In this document: one piece after another, positions 14,980 through 29,601 of the stretch
Position numbering within the stretch: the first letter of the stretch is position 1
How the letters are laid out: every line of letters starts with the position of its first letter
Assembly: GCF_009914755.1 (NCBI RefSeq)
Contig: NC_060945.1
From: the human T2T-CHM13v2.0 reference genome, Homo sapiens
Reading direction: 5' to 3' (one strand)
Length of the DNA stretch: 64,000 bases
Notes under the pieces: generated by a model
What the model was told of the DNA's origin: nothing
Database searches by the model: none
What the model saw: the letters and a program-made list of their open reading frames with translations, nothing else
Made by a program: the position numbers and the translations under genes

Positions 14980-15560
14980 TTGTCATTGAGTTCAGCCTTA
15001 ATTTGATGATTTGACTGAAGAAGGGGCAACAAAAGGAGCAAAGCATTTCAAGGAACAGAAAATGAAACAAAATCATGAAAATATTAAAGACCGGGGTGTG
15101 TTAAATGTTCTAAGAGATGCCTGCTCCAAAAGGAACTGTTTGCAATTTAAGGCTACAAATCACACTTAGGGAGGAACACAGTTGGGTGACTCAATGAGAG
15201 AGATTGTTAAAGCCTTGGGAAGGAGGAGGAAAATCTCAATCTCAGCAATGCATACGTTTAAAAAATAACTGTGAATATTTTTAAATTGTGGTATGAAATA
15301 AGAGAAAAGCTTATATTTTAGGAAAAGTTGATCATTTAGTATTGTGAAAAACTGATTGGAGATTAAAGAGTCAGGAGGAGTTAAGATGACTATGACAAAG
15401 CCAGTTTGCCAGCCTGCTGCCTCTGGGTAAATTTTTATTCCAGTCTAAGAAGTTACTGGTAGAAATGGAAATTATGCAAGAGACATAACTGAAATTTCAA
15501 TGAAAAATTAATGTTTGATGATCTATTTAGCAAAGGAGAGAATAATAAGGGAACTTTATT
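14980..15560 (-). mobile_element. L2 remnant
   Basis: Purine-rich decayed antisense L2-like motifs (agcatttcaaggaacagaa, ttatattttaggaaa, ggagttaagatgact). Confidence 0.45.
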
Positions 15561-15974
15561 TTTATTTTCTCAAGGGTATTTTAATTATGAAACAAATATT
15601 AGCAAAACGTGAAATGATTGTTTTTCTTAGGTTGGACAACATTGAGAAACATGTTTACTTTTGTTATTGAAAGGCTGCACATGCCCTCAGCTTAAAAAAT
15701 CTATTCAGGATTTTTTTGTCAGATTTTTAATGTATATTTTATACAATTTATTTCCGATCAAACATTTAATTATACTACCTTTCTATGCTGCTTTTTTGGC
15801 AAATTTAAATATATATTGTAGAAATTCTAAAGAGTATCATAAATCTTAATTTCTCTATCATATATCTTCAATAATTACATCTATTTTGCCGTTTTGTATA
15901 AGTTATATCTCCACTCAATCCTCTCTCCCTATCTTAATTATTAATATTTTAGATGTTTTTCTAGGTGAAATTTA

Positions 15975-16285
15975 TTTAATTAAATTAATTGATTATTTTT
16001 TGAGACAGGATCTTACTCTGTCTCACATGCAGTAGTGCAGTGGCGTGATCTCAGCTCACTGCAACCTCCGCCTCCCAGGTTCGAGTGATTCTTCCACCTC
16101 AGCTTGCCAAGCAGTTGGGATTACAAGCATGAGCCACCCCGCCTAGCTGATTTTTTTGTATTTTTAGTAGAGTCCGGGTTTTGCCACGTTGGCCGGGCCG
16201 GTCTCAAACTCCTGGCCTCAAGTGATCTGCCTGCCTCAGCTTCCCAAACTGCTGGGATTACAGGTGTGAGCCACCACCCCTGGCC
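15975..16285 (-). mobile_element. AluS with a perfect 14 bp TSD
   Basis: TSD ctaggtgaaattta at 15961-15974 and 16286-16299. Confidence 0.95.
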
Positions 16286-18266
16286 CTAGGTGAAATTTAA
16301 ACATCGTATCTCTTCCACCAACTTTTAGCCTTCTATGATGATTTTTATTTATCTGGCATATTTTTATATATTATGGATATTGAAAGAGGAAATAAGTTGT
16401 ATTAAATTTTGGCAAGGAGGAAAATAAGATGTTGAATACAAAGATTCTCTGAGGAGAATGTCTACTGATAAATAAGAAAACCGTAAGGTGAAAAGATGTT
16501 GTTAAGGGAAATAAAATCAAAGGCCCACTCACGCTCTTCAAAATGTCACTAAAACATAGCGGTATTCATCCTCTTCCTAGGTAATTTAAGCCAGGCTAAT
16601 CTACTTACAGAATTATGGATCGTTAAAATAAATTGCCAGTATTTGCCAATTTTCAAGGTGACCAAAGAGGACTCAGTTTGTCTCCTGTTGCTCTTTTTGT
16701 CCTTGAGGTTGTATGATGTCTCTAAGTCTTGATTGTTCACTATGAGACCCAGTCCCAGCCCCTTCTTCACTGCTGATATTGTTCTCCTCATATGTTCACA
16801 TTTGATGGGTAGATATAAAATATAATGCTGCCTGCATAAGCCACTCCTGGTGGTTTAGACCTAGTGGAGGCAATTAGGTAGGTAGCATTATATTTTCCTA
16901 GTAGAACTTTTGTGCACCTCAGTGATTCCTAGGAGAGAATCTAGCATTACTACTACTAGCAAATTAAGAAAAAAAGCAATATAAGGACAGAATAAACATC
17001 GACTTTCATTAATTTACAATATAGCACTGTTCAGAAAAAAAAATATCAGTGGTGGATACATGTGAAGATCTTCTATAATTTTACGTGATAGCCTCCAAAC
17101 TAACATTTAAGCCACTCGAATTGTGAGGCAATATGATATTCATTAGAAGCTGTGCCAGCTGCAACAACCATTAGTTTGCCATCAAATGAAAAGGCATTCA
17201 ATGTTTCCACTGATCCCTCAGGCCCTAACACAGTCTTTAATGTACAAATCTTCTTAGTTATTCATCCTTTAGAATGTTTAGGTCAGGGAAATTTTAAAAG
17301 ATTTTGAAAGAATATAGTAATAATGATCTTGCCTTCTCTATGTAAAATTTTGAATATTTACTAGATGTGTGGCCTGCTTAAGCACTGAAATATTTTTTAA
17401 GCCATGTGAAATCTTCGTGAAAACGGGTGAGAAGTATATTTTTATAGACTTTGAGATGTAACAAAAAAGACTCAAAATGGCTTAAAATATAGAGAATTGG
17501 CTTTAAATATAGAGAACATATTACCTCTAATTTCAAAAATTGCCAACGTAGATGATAACTTCAGAGGTCCAATACTATTTACTTAAAAAGAAACCCCCAA
17601 GTTGTTTTCCAGGACAGAACAGATTTCTCCTCTTATTTTAATGACGAGAATGTGTTCACTTATTCTTTTCAATCGATTTCTGAGAGGGAGCCTTGAGTTA
17701 AAGATAAAGATGGGATGAAAATCAAATATAAAGATGGAGTGAGTAGGCACCAAATGGTGTGTGAGTGCTATGGTAAATTTAATCATCTTCACCTACAAAT
17801 AAACAAGTTAAAACTTACAAAAGTTCATTCTTACCTAAGATCTACCAATTTATGACTGTTAAAGCCAAAATTGAGAATGATTTTAAATTTTATCCATATT
17901 TCCCCAGTATAATCTATTTTTAATATATTCATTAAGTTTAGATGTATTTAAAAGCTACTAGATAAATTATGTTAGACCTTGAGGTTTAAAAATGAGTGAG
18001 ATAACCCCACAATGAATGTCATCCAGAAAGGCCAAACATATAATAGATTGCATATTAACGAATGCATGTTAAGTGAAAAGATACAAATATGCCCTCACAT
18101 GAGACTGCATAGGGGAGGTGTTAGCAGCAGTGAATCCATACAGGTATGCAGCAACTCAATTATAGTCTCCTCAAAGGAAATAATTCGTCCAAGGGGCATA
18201 AGGCAGAGTGAGAGACTGAGGCAAGTTTTTGAGCAGGAATGAGAGTTTATTTAAAGGTTGCAGAGC

Positions 18267-18835
<569 letters not shown>

Positions 18836-18900
18836 TTACCTGTCAAGCGTTCCTAAAGGAAGGTTATATACCAGTTAAGCTCTGCCTTTTTGTCTCTTAG

Positions 18901-19204
<304 letters not shown>

Positions 19205-19884
19205 TAACAACGGACTGACCATCACGTGATGGTCGCCTGACACTCCTGGAGGGGCCCTTTCCCGCCGTGCTCATGTCTGCCTAGCTACCTACTCTAACAG
19301 AGGGACATATAACAAAGTGCAATGGGACTTGAAGGAAAGGAGACAGATGACCTGAATCACAAAGAATGAGACCCCACATTTATTGAAGTCACTGGGAATC
19401 ATCTAACAGAAAAACATGTGCATCTACAGCTAATGAAAATGTTATTTTCTTTCTCTATCCCTATTCCTGATTTTACGTACTTTTGTTTTTCATTGTTCTT
19501 AATATTTGGTTTAGTTTGTTTTGAGACTTACGTAAGAGCTGGGTTTTATGGCTTTAAAATCTCTACATTAACCATGGACATTTATATAAATTTATCATAT
19601 GCATAAAATCCGAAGAAGAAAATTTATGTACTCATGAAAATGAATGATCTATTTAAAAAGAAAGCAAATTGAAAATGGAAATGGCTATAAAATTATTTCA
19701 TTGGTCAACTGGCAAAATACTCTCAGCAATTTTTCTGACCTATGAATCTAAGCATTTTTAAGTATCATTGCATTGTTATATAAATTCTACTTGTATTATG
19801 CCAGCAGATTTCAAAAGCCTCTCTTTTTTTTGCCTATTGTGAAGGTAGGAATAAGATGTTGTATCAGAAATCCACAGTTGCTTC

Positions 19885-20489
19885 TGTAGGGAAGGAAAAA
19901 AAATCTTTTTTCTCTACCCATTTTAGTTACAAGTTTGAGGCTCTGTAATGTAGACTAACAAAATGCAGATTAACAAAAAAAAATCCACCATGAAGTTTAT
20001 TAGTGTGCATATTGCAGTTACACATGGGAACACTTAGTGATGAGGAACTCAAAGGGTGATTATAATTGGAGTTTATATAGCATCTTAACAACAAAAAAAA
20101 ATGTAAATTTTTAGGGAAGTGACAAGATAAAAAAATCAAGACTGAGTTTTTAGGGTAGCAAACAGTAGAAAGGTAAATACATGGAGGAAACTAATGGAAG
20201 AAAGGGCTTGTCATGCAGGCTCTTCTAGTGCTATATCTGGGCTGATAGGGTTTAGAGTTGTCACAGATGACTGGTGATTGGTGATTAACTTCTTTCCTTC
20301 TACATAGAGAGTAACTTCTTTCCTTCTACATAGAGAGTAGAGGACACCTTTATAAATTTTCATCCTGCTTTTAAGCAAATGCGGGAAGGCAGACTTTTCT
20401 TGTATCTATGTCTCAATTGCCTTTAGCTCAAAATAAACCTATGTCAAAGTGGTATATTATTTTAAGATGGTGTATTCTGCTTTCCTTCA
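19885..20489 (-). mobile_element. ERV1 solo LTR, MER34 family
   Basis: Reverse complement starts tgaaggaaagcagaatacacc...ccactttgacata...ttattttgagctaaaggcaattgag; flanks cttc/cttg. Confidence 0.8.
20286..20337. repeat. Perfect 26 bp tandem duplication
   Basis: taacttctttccttctacatagagag x2. Confidence 0.95.
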
Positions 20490-22214
20490 CTTGAAACTAC
20501 TCAGTAATCAATTACAAAACCAGTAAGAAATTGAGAGTAAGTTTTCATTATAGACCTTGCCAAATATAATAGCTCATAAATCAGCTAATAATATTTATCT
20601 GTGTTATATATTATCAGGTACAGTTAACTCTTTTTTTTAGAATCTTGTTCATTCAAATAATTTATTTAGAAGTAAACAAAAGTAAAAATTTCAAAGAAAA
20701 GTCAAACAAAAGAAAAGAAGAAGAATTTTCTCCCAGGATATGTAACTCATTTATTTATAAAACCATTCTCTCAAAGTATCTAGGATTCTTGAAAGACCTT
20801 GTTTTGCTTTCTTTGTTTGAAGTGAAGAGCTGAAAATAAAATCAATAGGATTACTCCTCCTCAAATTATTCTTGGAAGAGGCAAATAAGTTCTGCCTACT
20901 CTTCAGCCTTAATGAAGAATTGAAAGCATCAAAACTAGTCAAAATTTGAGGCATTAATCTCTAAGGAATGTTCTGACACAGTTCATATTCACAAGTTCCT
21001 ATTATACGGTTTTATTTTAAAATGGTGAAAATTATTGAAACTCAGATGATTAAACAGTCTTCAAAGCTTGAGTACCTTATACACTTTATATAACTGCTAT
21101 GAATATTCTCTTGAATGCTAGTGGAGGAAGGGTTATCCACAGCTATTGTAGAAGTTTTAGGGAATCACATTCTAAGGATTGCACAAAAGAAAATTAATAA
21201 AGCAACTGCTAGAAATAAACCCACATCTTAAGAACAATTTGACAGAAAGGAGAGTCTCCCAACAATTGATGTAGAATATCTAAAAAGGGAATAAAAATAT
21301 AGGACATAGATCTTGGGAAAACAGTATTTCTCAATTAGCGAGATCCAGGGAATGTGCAACTTCATTCTTTTGTTTTAACATGAGGTCTTCTTAGCAGGCA
21401 TATATTCCCAAATCAGAGACAGAGGCATTTAGCACCATTGACAGCCAAATGTCGTTAAATGTTATATTAATATAATTTATTTCCTTTTACCTGATGTCAT
21501 CCTCCCGCAGGCAAACTTCTGCTTAAACTGTATCTTTCATTTGTTTTCTGTAATTAAGACATTTGCTGGTTATCCTAATAGATTTTATACTACTCATTAT
21601 AATTCAGCAAACTGATAGGTTTTATATCAATTTTTGAATTTTCCTAATATGAGCCAACTTTTGAGAGACTGAAACTATCTTAATAGTGCCATAACAGGAG
21701 AGCTAAAAAAAATACCCAGACTATGAATAGTGATAACCACTTTTACATCAAACCAGACTATTCAGTAAACTTCTGCCAGGAAAAAACCAAGTTCACAGTC
21801 CCCTTTCAAATCACATTATTTACACAATGGACAAATCAAGAGGAAGGATTAGGCAGAGTATAAGTATACATTATGGCAGTCAAAAACACTCTTTTTGAAT
21901 GCTTTATTTCTCTGTAAAGTTAATGTGTAAAGTCACACACAAAGACACACCCTCATTCATCACCCCCATGTGATTAACAGAGATGTTCATCACAACAGTA
22001 TTATCTTTTATTTTTAAAATGCAAGTAGATTATCTGATCTTTACTATGGAAAATTGTCATAGAATAGTAGAAGGAATTTCAATTTGATTAAAAGGTGAAG
22101 CAGATTCAAATGAATGAGAAATGTATAAGAGGCAGATTGGGAAATTGGAGGCAGCAGGTTCAACTTCTTAGCTGTCAAAATCTGCCCCAGTTCTGACATA
22201 AATTTAATCATTCA

Positions 22215-22743
22215 TAGACTAATAGAGCCATGGCTTCAAGCACTGAAAAGCAGCTACGACTTTATCCTGCTTCCAAGCTAACAAGGTAGTTTTCACAGCT
22301 TCATACATGTTGGCAAAGGACACAAGGCTCCTGGGTTAGACACAATGGCCTTTTTTACATTAAAGCACAGCACGTAGCATGAGTTTCACGTTCTGGTTGA
22401 CTCCTGTTATCCCCATGTCCCACTAAGCAACACAGAGCAGCCCAGGTAGCTACTGCAGACAAAATAGGCTTATATTACTAATAAGAAACCCCCAATCTTT
22501 CAAAAACAGATGCTAACAAACGTGGCCAGCCATGCACCTTAAAGAAAGCCATTTTCTTTTTTATTCTGGAGGAAAAAAAAACAAAAACAAAAACACTTTT
22601 CCTCTGTCCTGAAGGAAGATACCATTTCTATCCTCTAAGGCTGTATGAACATATTTGAACATACGTAATAGGATAAATGCCATCAATGACTCTGTTTAGA
22701 AGACATGCAGAAACACAAGACCGATTGAGATTTGTCTCTCAAC
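22215..22743 (-). mobile_element. ERVL solo LTR, LTR40-like
   Basis: Reverse complement gttgagagacaaatctc...tttctgcatgtctt...acagccttagaggatagaaatggtatct matches the LTR40 5' end; left boundary approximate. Confidence 0.7.
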
Positions 22744-22890
22744 TCATAGTCAATGTTCATTGACCTTCATTGTAATGTAGACATACAATTCAGGTGGAAC
22801 AATAAATACGTAAGGGAGGTTCTACAGAAAAACTTCATGTATAATGATATGTTTGCCTTCAGTGGTCTTTTTTTTATTTTCTATCTTCTA

Positions 22891-22961
22891 ATATATATAT
22901 ATATATATATAAAATATATATATTCACTAAAAACTTTGTGATATATATATATATATATATA
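22891..22961. repeat. Two (TA)n microsatellites
   Basis: Directly visible. Confidence 0.9.
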
Positions 22962-24096
22962 AATTTGGCAATGCTATCTCTGTTTTCTTGTTAGAAAAAT
23001 ATTTAGAAATTGAAAATTCAAGTCTGTAGACTCCTAGGTGACTCTTCATATCGTCAATGGCTAGTTTCATGACTCCTATTCTTGTAAAAATACACGGCAC
23101 CATGCCATCAAGGCATAATTATTAGAAAAGAGAAATAACACCATATGTGTCCAACGGGTTATTACAAACTCATGCCTGCATCCAAAAAGTTATTTAACTT
23201 CAGTTTTCAGGATCTCCTTTACCTGAACATGGCTCTGTGTCATAGAGTGCCTTAACCTTGGTCTGTCTTTTTTTGTCACAAATATACAATGTATAAGATG
23301 AGATACTTTTGACTGCAGTTGCCAAAAATTTTGGGTCAGCTAAGATGCGGTGATATTTTTCATGATGTCCACTACGCCACTACATCCCTTCTGTTTCTCT
23401 TCCCTATATCCTATCTTTTCTATTTCCAACACCATAATTTTACAGTCAAACTTATCGTTGGCTTCTTTAAAATCCAAATTCCTGAATGTCAGGGGCTGTA
23501 AAATTTGTTTGAGAAGACCTAGCTCCATAAAGTTCGGTCAGTGTTCATTAAATTCAACCTAATGATTATGCAGTTTTTAAGTACAGCTGTTTTCCATAGT
23601 AACCTGAACATTCGACTAGCAGGAAGGCAAACATATTCTATTTGATTTATGTTTATTTAAACTTGACCATGGTTTTGCTTTATAATAAAAACAGTGCAAG
23701 GCTGCTATAGTCCTTTCAATTTATAATAGAGTAATTTTACCTACCAATGTTAAATTAAGTATTTGACTGCACAAAAAACAAGGAAAGATCTTTGCTTCCC
23801 TACAGACTGCAGGAGGCTTGTTGGCTGAAAGCTCAGCACAAGAGAAGTTTGATAGCATTGATCACTGCCTATCAGCAGATCATTCCAATATTCATGGTAA
23901 CCAGCAACTAAAACAGTAGGGGATGTCCAAACTGTATCTTTTCTCCTACTTATTTATCTTATTTTGTGTCCCAATAGGATATTGCAGTCGTTGTGTTCTA
24001 GACTAAATCTGATGTTACTGAGGGTCTCCTCATGTATCTGCAGGTGTGTTATAACTGAGAGAAAATAGAAAGCATTTTTTTTTTACTCTATACTGG

Positions 24097-24228
24097 TTTT
24101 TTTATTTTATTTTATTATTGTTATACTTTAAGTTTTAGGGTACATGTGTACAACGTGCAGGTTTGTTACATATGTATACATGTGCCATGTTGGTGTGCTG
24201 CACCCATTAACTCGTCATTTAGCATTAG
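24097..24228 (-). mobile_element. Short L1PA 3' end
   Basis: ttatactttaagttttagggtacatgtg...cacccattaactcgtcatttagcattag. Confidence 0.92.
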
Positions 24229-25430
24229 CATTTCTTGTCATTACTCTTTTAATTGGATCTCACTGGGTGAACTATCAGTAAGCCAAAACCATTGAAAAGT
24301 CTCAAGACAGTATATGCATTATGAAATGGCAAACCAAAGTCATTATTGGGTGTAGAGTATTTTCACTAAAAAACTTTGTAATTAGAAGGAACATAGTGAT
24401 TATCTAATGAAGTTAACCTATTTTATAAATATAAGGGATTATCTCATGAACTTAACCAATTTTTAAATCTGAATTTAAAAAAAGATTAATAAAATAGTTA
24501 CCTCACCAAAAATTTAAAAAAATAGCAAATGCCATCTAAATCCTTTATATTCCACAAAAATTGTTTTTCTGAGTTATTTCCATGAACAGTTCTCTGACTG
24601 CATTAATTTTTAAGTGTTGATATATTTAACAAGATAATACACTTATATATGTTGAAAACATTAAAAAGTTAAATGGCAAAAGATCTGTTTGGGATCTATA
24701 CTTTTCATCTGTCCTGGTCCCATTCACATACACTAGCCATTGTGGCAGCAGCTCACTTTACTAGTTTCCTTGTGTTCATTCAGAATTTCTATGTAACGTA
24801 TTTGATGTTCCCATTCTTCTATGCAAATGTAGCTTATAATGCCCAAAGTTCTGGATATTTAAACCCTACCAAAATATGGTGGAAATGGTTCCTTAATTCA
24901 TAGACTGTGTGTGTAAAATATACACACATATATGTATTATGTATCAGATATGAGTATATATGTGTTTTATACAACACATACTCTCTCTCTCTCTCTCTCT
25001 CCCTCCAGCATATCATTTAATTGTATGGATATCTACATTTTATATAATTATTCTACAAGTCTTAGATTTGTAAATGGTTTCCTTTTTTTTGCTATTGTAA
25101 GCATTACTGTTTTGAACATCTTTGTACACATATTACTTTCTTTGTGTGTACATATTAACCCTAGGGCAAATTATCACAAGCGAGGGTGGTACATCAGTTA
25201 TGATATATTTGTAATTTGGTTTTATACTTCCAAATTGCCCTTTGCATGGTCAGTTTTGCAACACAGAGGTGTGTTGGGGGGGGGCACATGTGCACATACA
25301 TGTCTTAGTTTCTCATTGTATCTTCTCTAAGTTTGGGTTTAGAATGTTTCTGGCTTGTTAGTTTTTGCACAGACTTTCATGACCATACATATCCATTGTG
25401 AATTTCCCCATATTTCTTTATGAATTCTAC

Positions 25431-25615
25431 CTTATAAAGCCCCTTATAAAACCATCAGATCTCTTGAGAACTCATTCACTATCACGAGAACAGCATGGAG
25501 GTAACCACCCCCATGATTCAATTACCTCCTACAGGGTCCCTCCCACAACATGTAGGGATTACGGGAACTACAATTCAAGATGAGATTTGGATGGGCTCAT
25601 TGCCAAAGCATATCA
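25431..25615 (-). mobile_element. Partial THE1 LTR
   Basis: ccttataaaaccatcagatctcttgagaactcattcactatcacgagaacagcatgg...caagatgagatttgg...atatca. Confidence 0.9.
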
Positions 25616-26446
25616 CCCGGGTTTTCTGAATCAACTTTTTAAAGAAGTATCCTTTTATTCAATGCATAGTTGAGTTTGGCTTTTTGATTCAATCTGAAAA
25701 TACTGTTAATTTAGTGAGTTAAACCACATCATAGTGACTGAAAAGAAAGTTATAGTTAGCTTGAGTTGTGCCATATTGTTATGAATTATGTTTTCTGTTT
25801 ATATGTCTATCATGTTATGTATGTTGTTTTTCATTTGTTTGTTATTGTGTATAGTTTTTTCCTGATATCTAAGAAAGTTTAAAAGTTTGATCTAGTGGTT
25901 ACATTTATAATTACAATTTCAATAATACCATTAGTTAATTTTTAGAAGATATGTATTAAATAATTAGTGAATAAATTTTCTCTTTTTTTCTTGTTCCTCA
26001 TTTTTCTCCACTACATGATTTTAGTGGATTTAACTATCTTTATATACTAATAAATATGATTATATTACTTGACTTTTCAACTGTAAATAGTCTTCAACTT
26101 CCCATTCTATCAGAGGAAGGAGGAATTATTTACCCAGTAGCCTTTTTTTTCCTTCACCAATAACTTTTACAGTTACGTTGTATTTACATTCTTATTCTTA
26201 ATTCCACGGTAATGCTTAGTTCCATGGTAATTTATTCTTAGTTCCATGGTAAATATATATGTATTTTTTTTGTGTGTGTATATATATATATATATATGAA
26301 TATATATACACACGCACACACACACATATCTTAAACTTACTACCAGTATTTTTGCCTTGTTTCTCCAGACATTCCTTGTTTGTCTTATCTAGAATTGTAG
26401 AAATTTCTAGGAACCCGAAAAAAAAAATACATATATATATATATTA

Positions 26447-26585
26447 TTTGAGACCAAGTTGCTTTATTTAAGACGAAGTCTCGCTCTTGTTGCCCATGCT
26501 GGAGTGCAATGGCACAAATCTAGGCTCACCGCAACCTCTGCCTCCCAGGTTCAAGCAATTGTCTCCTGCCTCAGCCTCCCAGCTA
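26447..26585 (-). mobile_element. Partial Alu (right arm)
   Basis: tctcgctcttgttgcccatgctggagtgcaatggc...cctgcctcagcctccc. Confidence 0.85.
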
Positions 26586-27059
26586 ATGGAAAAAAATATT
26601 TTCTGTATGCTCACATTTTTAAATCACTTTTTCCCTATGATTTATACTTGAAGAGCAGTTTACTTTGATGAAAAATTATTGACTTATACTTACTATTTTT
26701 GTGTATTTTCTTGGTAAGTGTGTCTTTGAAGAAATATGTTAGTGTATTTTATTTCAAGGGAGGTTTAATGAATAATTTTAAATGATCATTTTCTATTGCT
26801 GCCCTGTTTTCTTCATCTGGAACTCTGTACATTAATCTTTTCCTTCTGTCTTCTGTAGACTCTCTTTGGTATTGAACGTCTGTGTTTCAGGTTACAGTAT
26901 ATTATATGACAATAATACTCTGAGCATTTTATTAATCTAAAACAAATTATACTTTTTTGACATTCTGTTAGCTCTTACTTTTTCAAGTAGTTGTATTTTG
27001 TCTTTGAATTTTTTAATTTCTGGTTTGCTCTGCTCTTTCAAAGCTGTAATTTTATACAT

Positions 27060-27430
27060 AGTTAAACATACACATACACATAATATGTATTGTATAACTA
27101 AATATACATTGTACATATATGCATATGTATATACAAATGTGTGAATTCATATACATGAATTCATATACATGTGTATTCATGTGAATTCATATACATGTGA
27201 ATTCATATACATGTGTGTTCAAACATAAATACACATGGCTACCTATTTTCATATATATACAGATATTAATACTGAACTGTATATGTCTTTATATGTATGT
27301 ATGTATATGTGTATGTATGTACATACACATTTATGAGTTTATTTCACATCCACAGAAATGTATATGTGTGTGTGTAGCTTACATACCTTAAATGTGTGTA
27401 TATGTCTACAAACACACACATGCACACACT
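27060..27430. repeat. Low-complexity (TA/TG/CA) region containing a 16 bp minisatellite
   Basis: gtgaattcatatacat units at 27141-27212. Confidence 0.85.
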
Positions 27431-28064
27431 AATACTGTTTCATCTCCTCTGATACATGATAGAAATAATTTGTAAGTACACTTTGCCCCTTTTTTTTCTG
27501 AATGCCTCTATGTGTCAGCACAGTCCAAGTTCCTTTCATGTTGCTCATTAGTGATGAAGCTTCAGTTTGTCAGACTAGCAAAATGAGGAGGACTCCTGGA
27601 GTATGAGCAAGGGTCATATTAACCTTCCAATCTTCACTACCTAAACACTCCTTTGTTCTCCGTTGCACAGAGATTGCTTTCAATAAACTTGGCCTGTGAG
27701 ATTGATTGAGTGGCTCCATCTTCCTGCTTCTTGAACCAAAACAAACGTAGAGAGCCACTTCCACTAGCACAATTCACCCCAGTTTCTATGGTCAGTTTTG
27801 CAAGAGAGATTGCACTCTGAAGTCTTCACCTCCAAGACCATCGAATCAATTTTCAAATTGTGTATGTGTGCAAACAAACTCTTTTTCTGTAAGGGTTTCT
27901 CTTAATATCTTAGTTATGGCAATCTTTATTTGTATTCTGCTTGTTGTACATTGAACATTGTATTCATCCTTTGATAACTGATAAATTCTACTTTTTTTGC
28001 ATTGTCATAGTAACAAAACTTTGTCATGGAACATTGCTTCCCACAACTCTAACTGTATATTATT

Positions 28065-29110
28065 ATTTTTAAAAAACTTTATATTTTGCCATAATTTTAG
28101 TTTTCAGAAAAGTTGCAAAGATAATCCATAGGGTTCCCAAATACTTCTCCCCGTCTCCCTTAATATTAACATTTTATGTTACTATGAGAAATTTATCACG
28201 ACCAAGAAATAAATATTGGAAAATTGCTATTAACAAAAGTTCAGATTTTATTAGAGCTTCACCAGTTTTTCAATGATTATGTTTTTCTATTCCAGTATCC
28301 AGTCCAGGACACCACACCTTGTCTCCATAATTTATTGTACCTTTGACATTTCCTCAGTCCTTACTTGTTTTCAAAGACCTTGACAATTTTCAGAATCACT
28401 GGTCAGGTATTTTGAAGAAGTCTCCTAAATTTGAGTTTGAGAATTTTTTTTCATAGTCAGACTGCATTTACGGAATTTTGTGACAAATATCACAGAAAGA
28501 AAGTGCCATTTTTATCACATCTTATCAGGTACACATTATATCAAAATGATTTAACACAGATTGTGTTAATCTCAGTCACTTGGTTAAGGCAGTGTTTGTC
28601 AGGTTTTTTCCAATATAAAGCAACCTATTTTATCCCCTTACTCTATGGAAGCAAATAAGCAAGTCCAGCCTATACTCCGAGTGGGAGGGATTCTAGTCAA
28701 TCTCCTGGAGGAGAAAGTATCTACACCTGTTATTTGGAATTTTCTGTAAGGATCATGTATCTTTTATCTTCATTTATTCATTTAAAATCATATAATACTA
28801 TGGACTTATATATCTTAATTTTTTATACTGGGTTATAATCCTATACTTCTTTATTTATTTTGTTGTTCAAATGTCTCACGCTTTTGGCATTGGGAGCTTT
28901 TCAGGTTGGCTCTGGTGTCCGTTTGACATACTCTCATCCTTCCGTCTCTTGATTACTTCCTTGCCTTCTGCCATTACAGGATATGCCATGTTCATTCTGT
29001 ATTTTGTCTTCCCTTGCTATAGATTTGACTACTTCTCATAAGCATCTTTGATTCTTTGACTGAAAAGGTATGAGAATCAAGATCTGGTCTCTGGGTTTGC
29101 CTGTTGAGCA
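28065..29110 (-). mobile_element. L1MC (L1MC4/5-like) 3' region
   Basis: cagaaaagttgcaaagat, gaccttgacaatttt..actggtcaggtattttg, ttggcattgggagcttttcaggttggctc. Confidence 0.75.
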
Positions 29111-29220
29111 GTTTATAAAATAGGAGCAGAGGTCTGGTTCTGATGATCTTGGCTTTTGCTATAAATCTCAATCTTCAAAGATAAAGATTAAAAATATCCT
29201 TATTGTGGAAGTTATATTAA

Positions 29221-29601
29221 GTATGTTAATCTGCTTGGGCTGCCACAAGATACCATAGGTTTGGTGGCTTACAAAAACAGGAATGTATTTTCTTGCAGTT
29301 CTGGAGGCTAGAAGTTCCGAGTTCAAGGTGCCAGTAGGGTTTCTCCTGAGGCCTCTCTCTTTAGTTTGCAGACTACTTGCTATGTCCTAGGATGGACTTT
29401 CCTTTGTGTAGTCACACATGGAGAGAGACTGGGAGATCTCTGGTGTCTCTTCTTCTCATAAGAACATCTGTCCTATTGGATCAAGGCCCAGCCTTCTGAC
29501 CGCCTTTAACCTTATCTCCTTAAAGATTCCATGTGTAAATACAATCTCAGTGGGATAAGCATTCAATATATGAATTCTAGGGGACACAATTCAATCCAAT
29601 A
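29221..29601 (-). mobile_element. MaLR LTR (MLT1A/B-like)
   Basis: gggctgcca..agatacca, cagttctggaggctagaag..caaggtg, tatgaattctaggggacacaattca. Confidence 0.85.

Larger units (their letters stand above)
25010..27050 (-). mobile_element. Old L1M remnants (fragmented, interrupted)
   Basis: T-rich antisense L1M-like motifs (tttgctattgtaagcattactgttttgaacatctttgtacac, caatctgaaaat, tttatacttgaag); boundaries approximate. Confidence 0.5.

Noticed and set aside
24932-25330. 132 aa hydrophobic ORF
   Set aside because: It spans simple repeats and T-rich antisense L1M, with no recognisable domain.
26197-27212. Short repeated units as a CRISPR-like array
   Set aside because: They are tandem units without unique spacers, in eukaryotic DNA.
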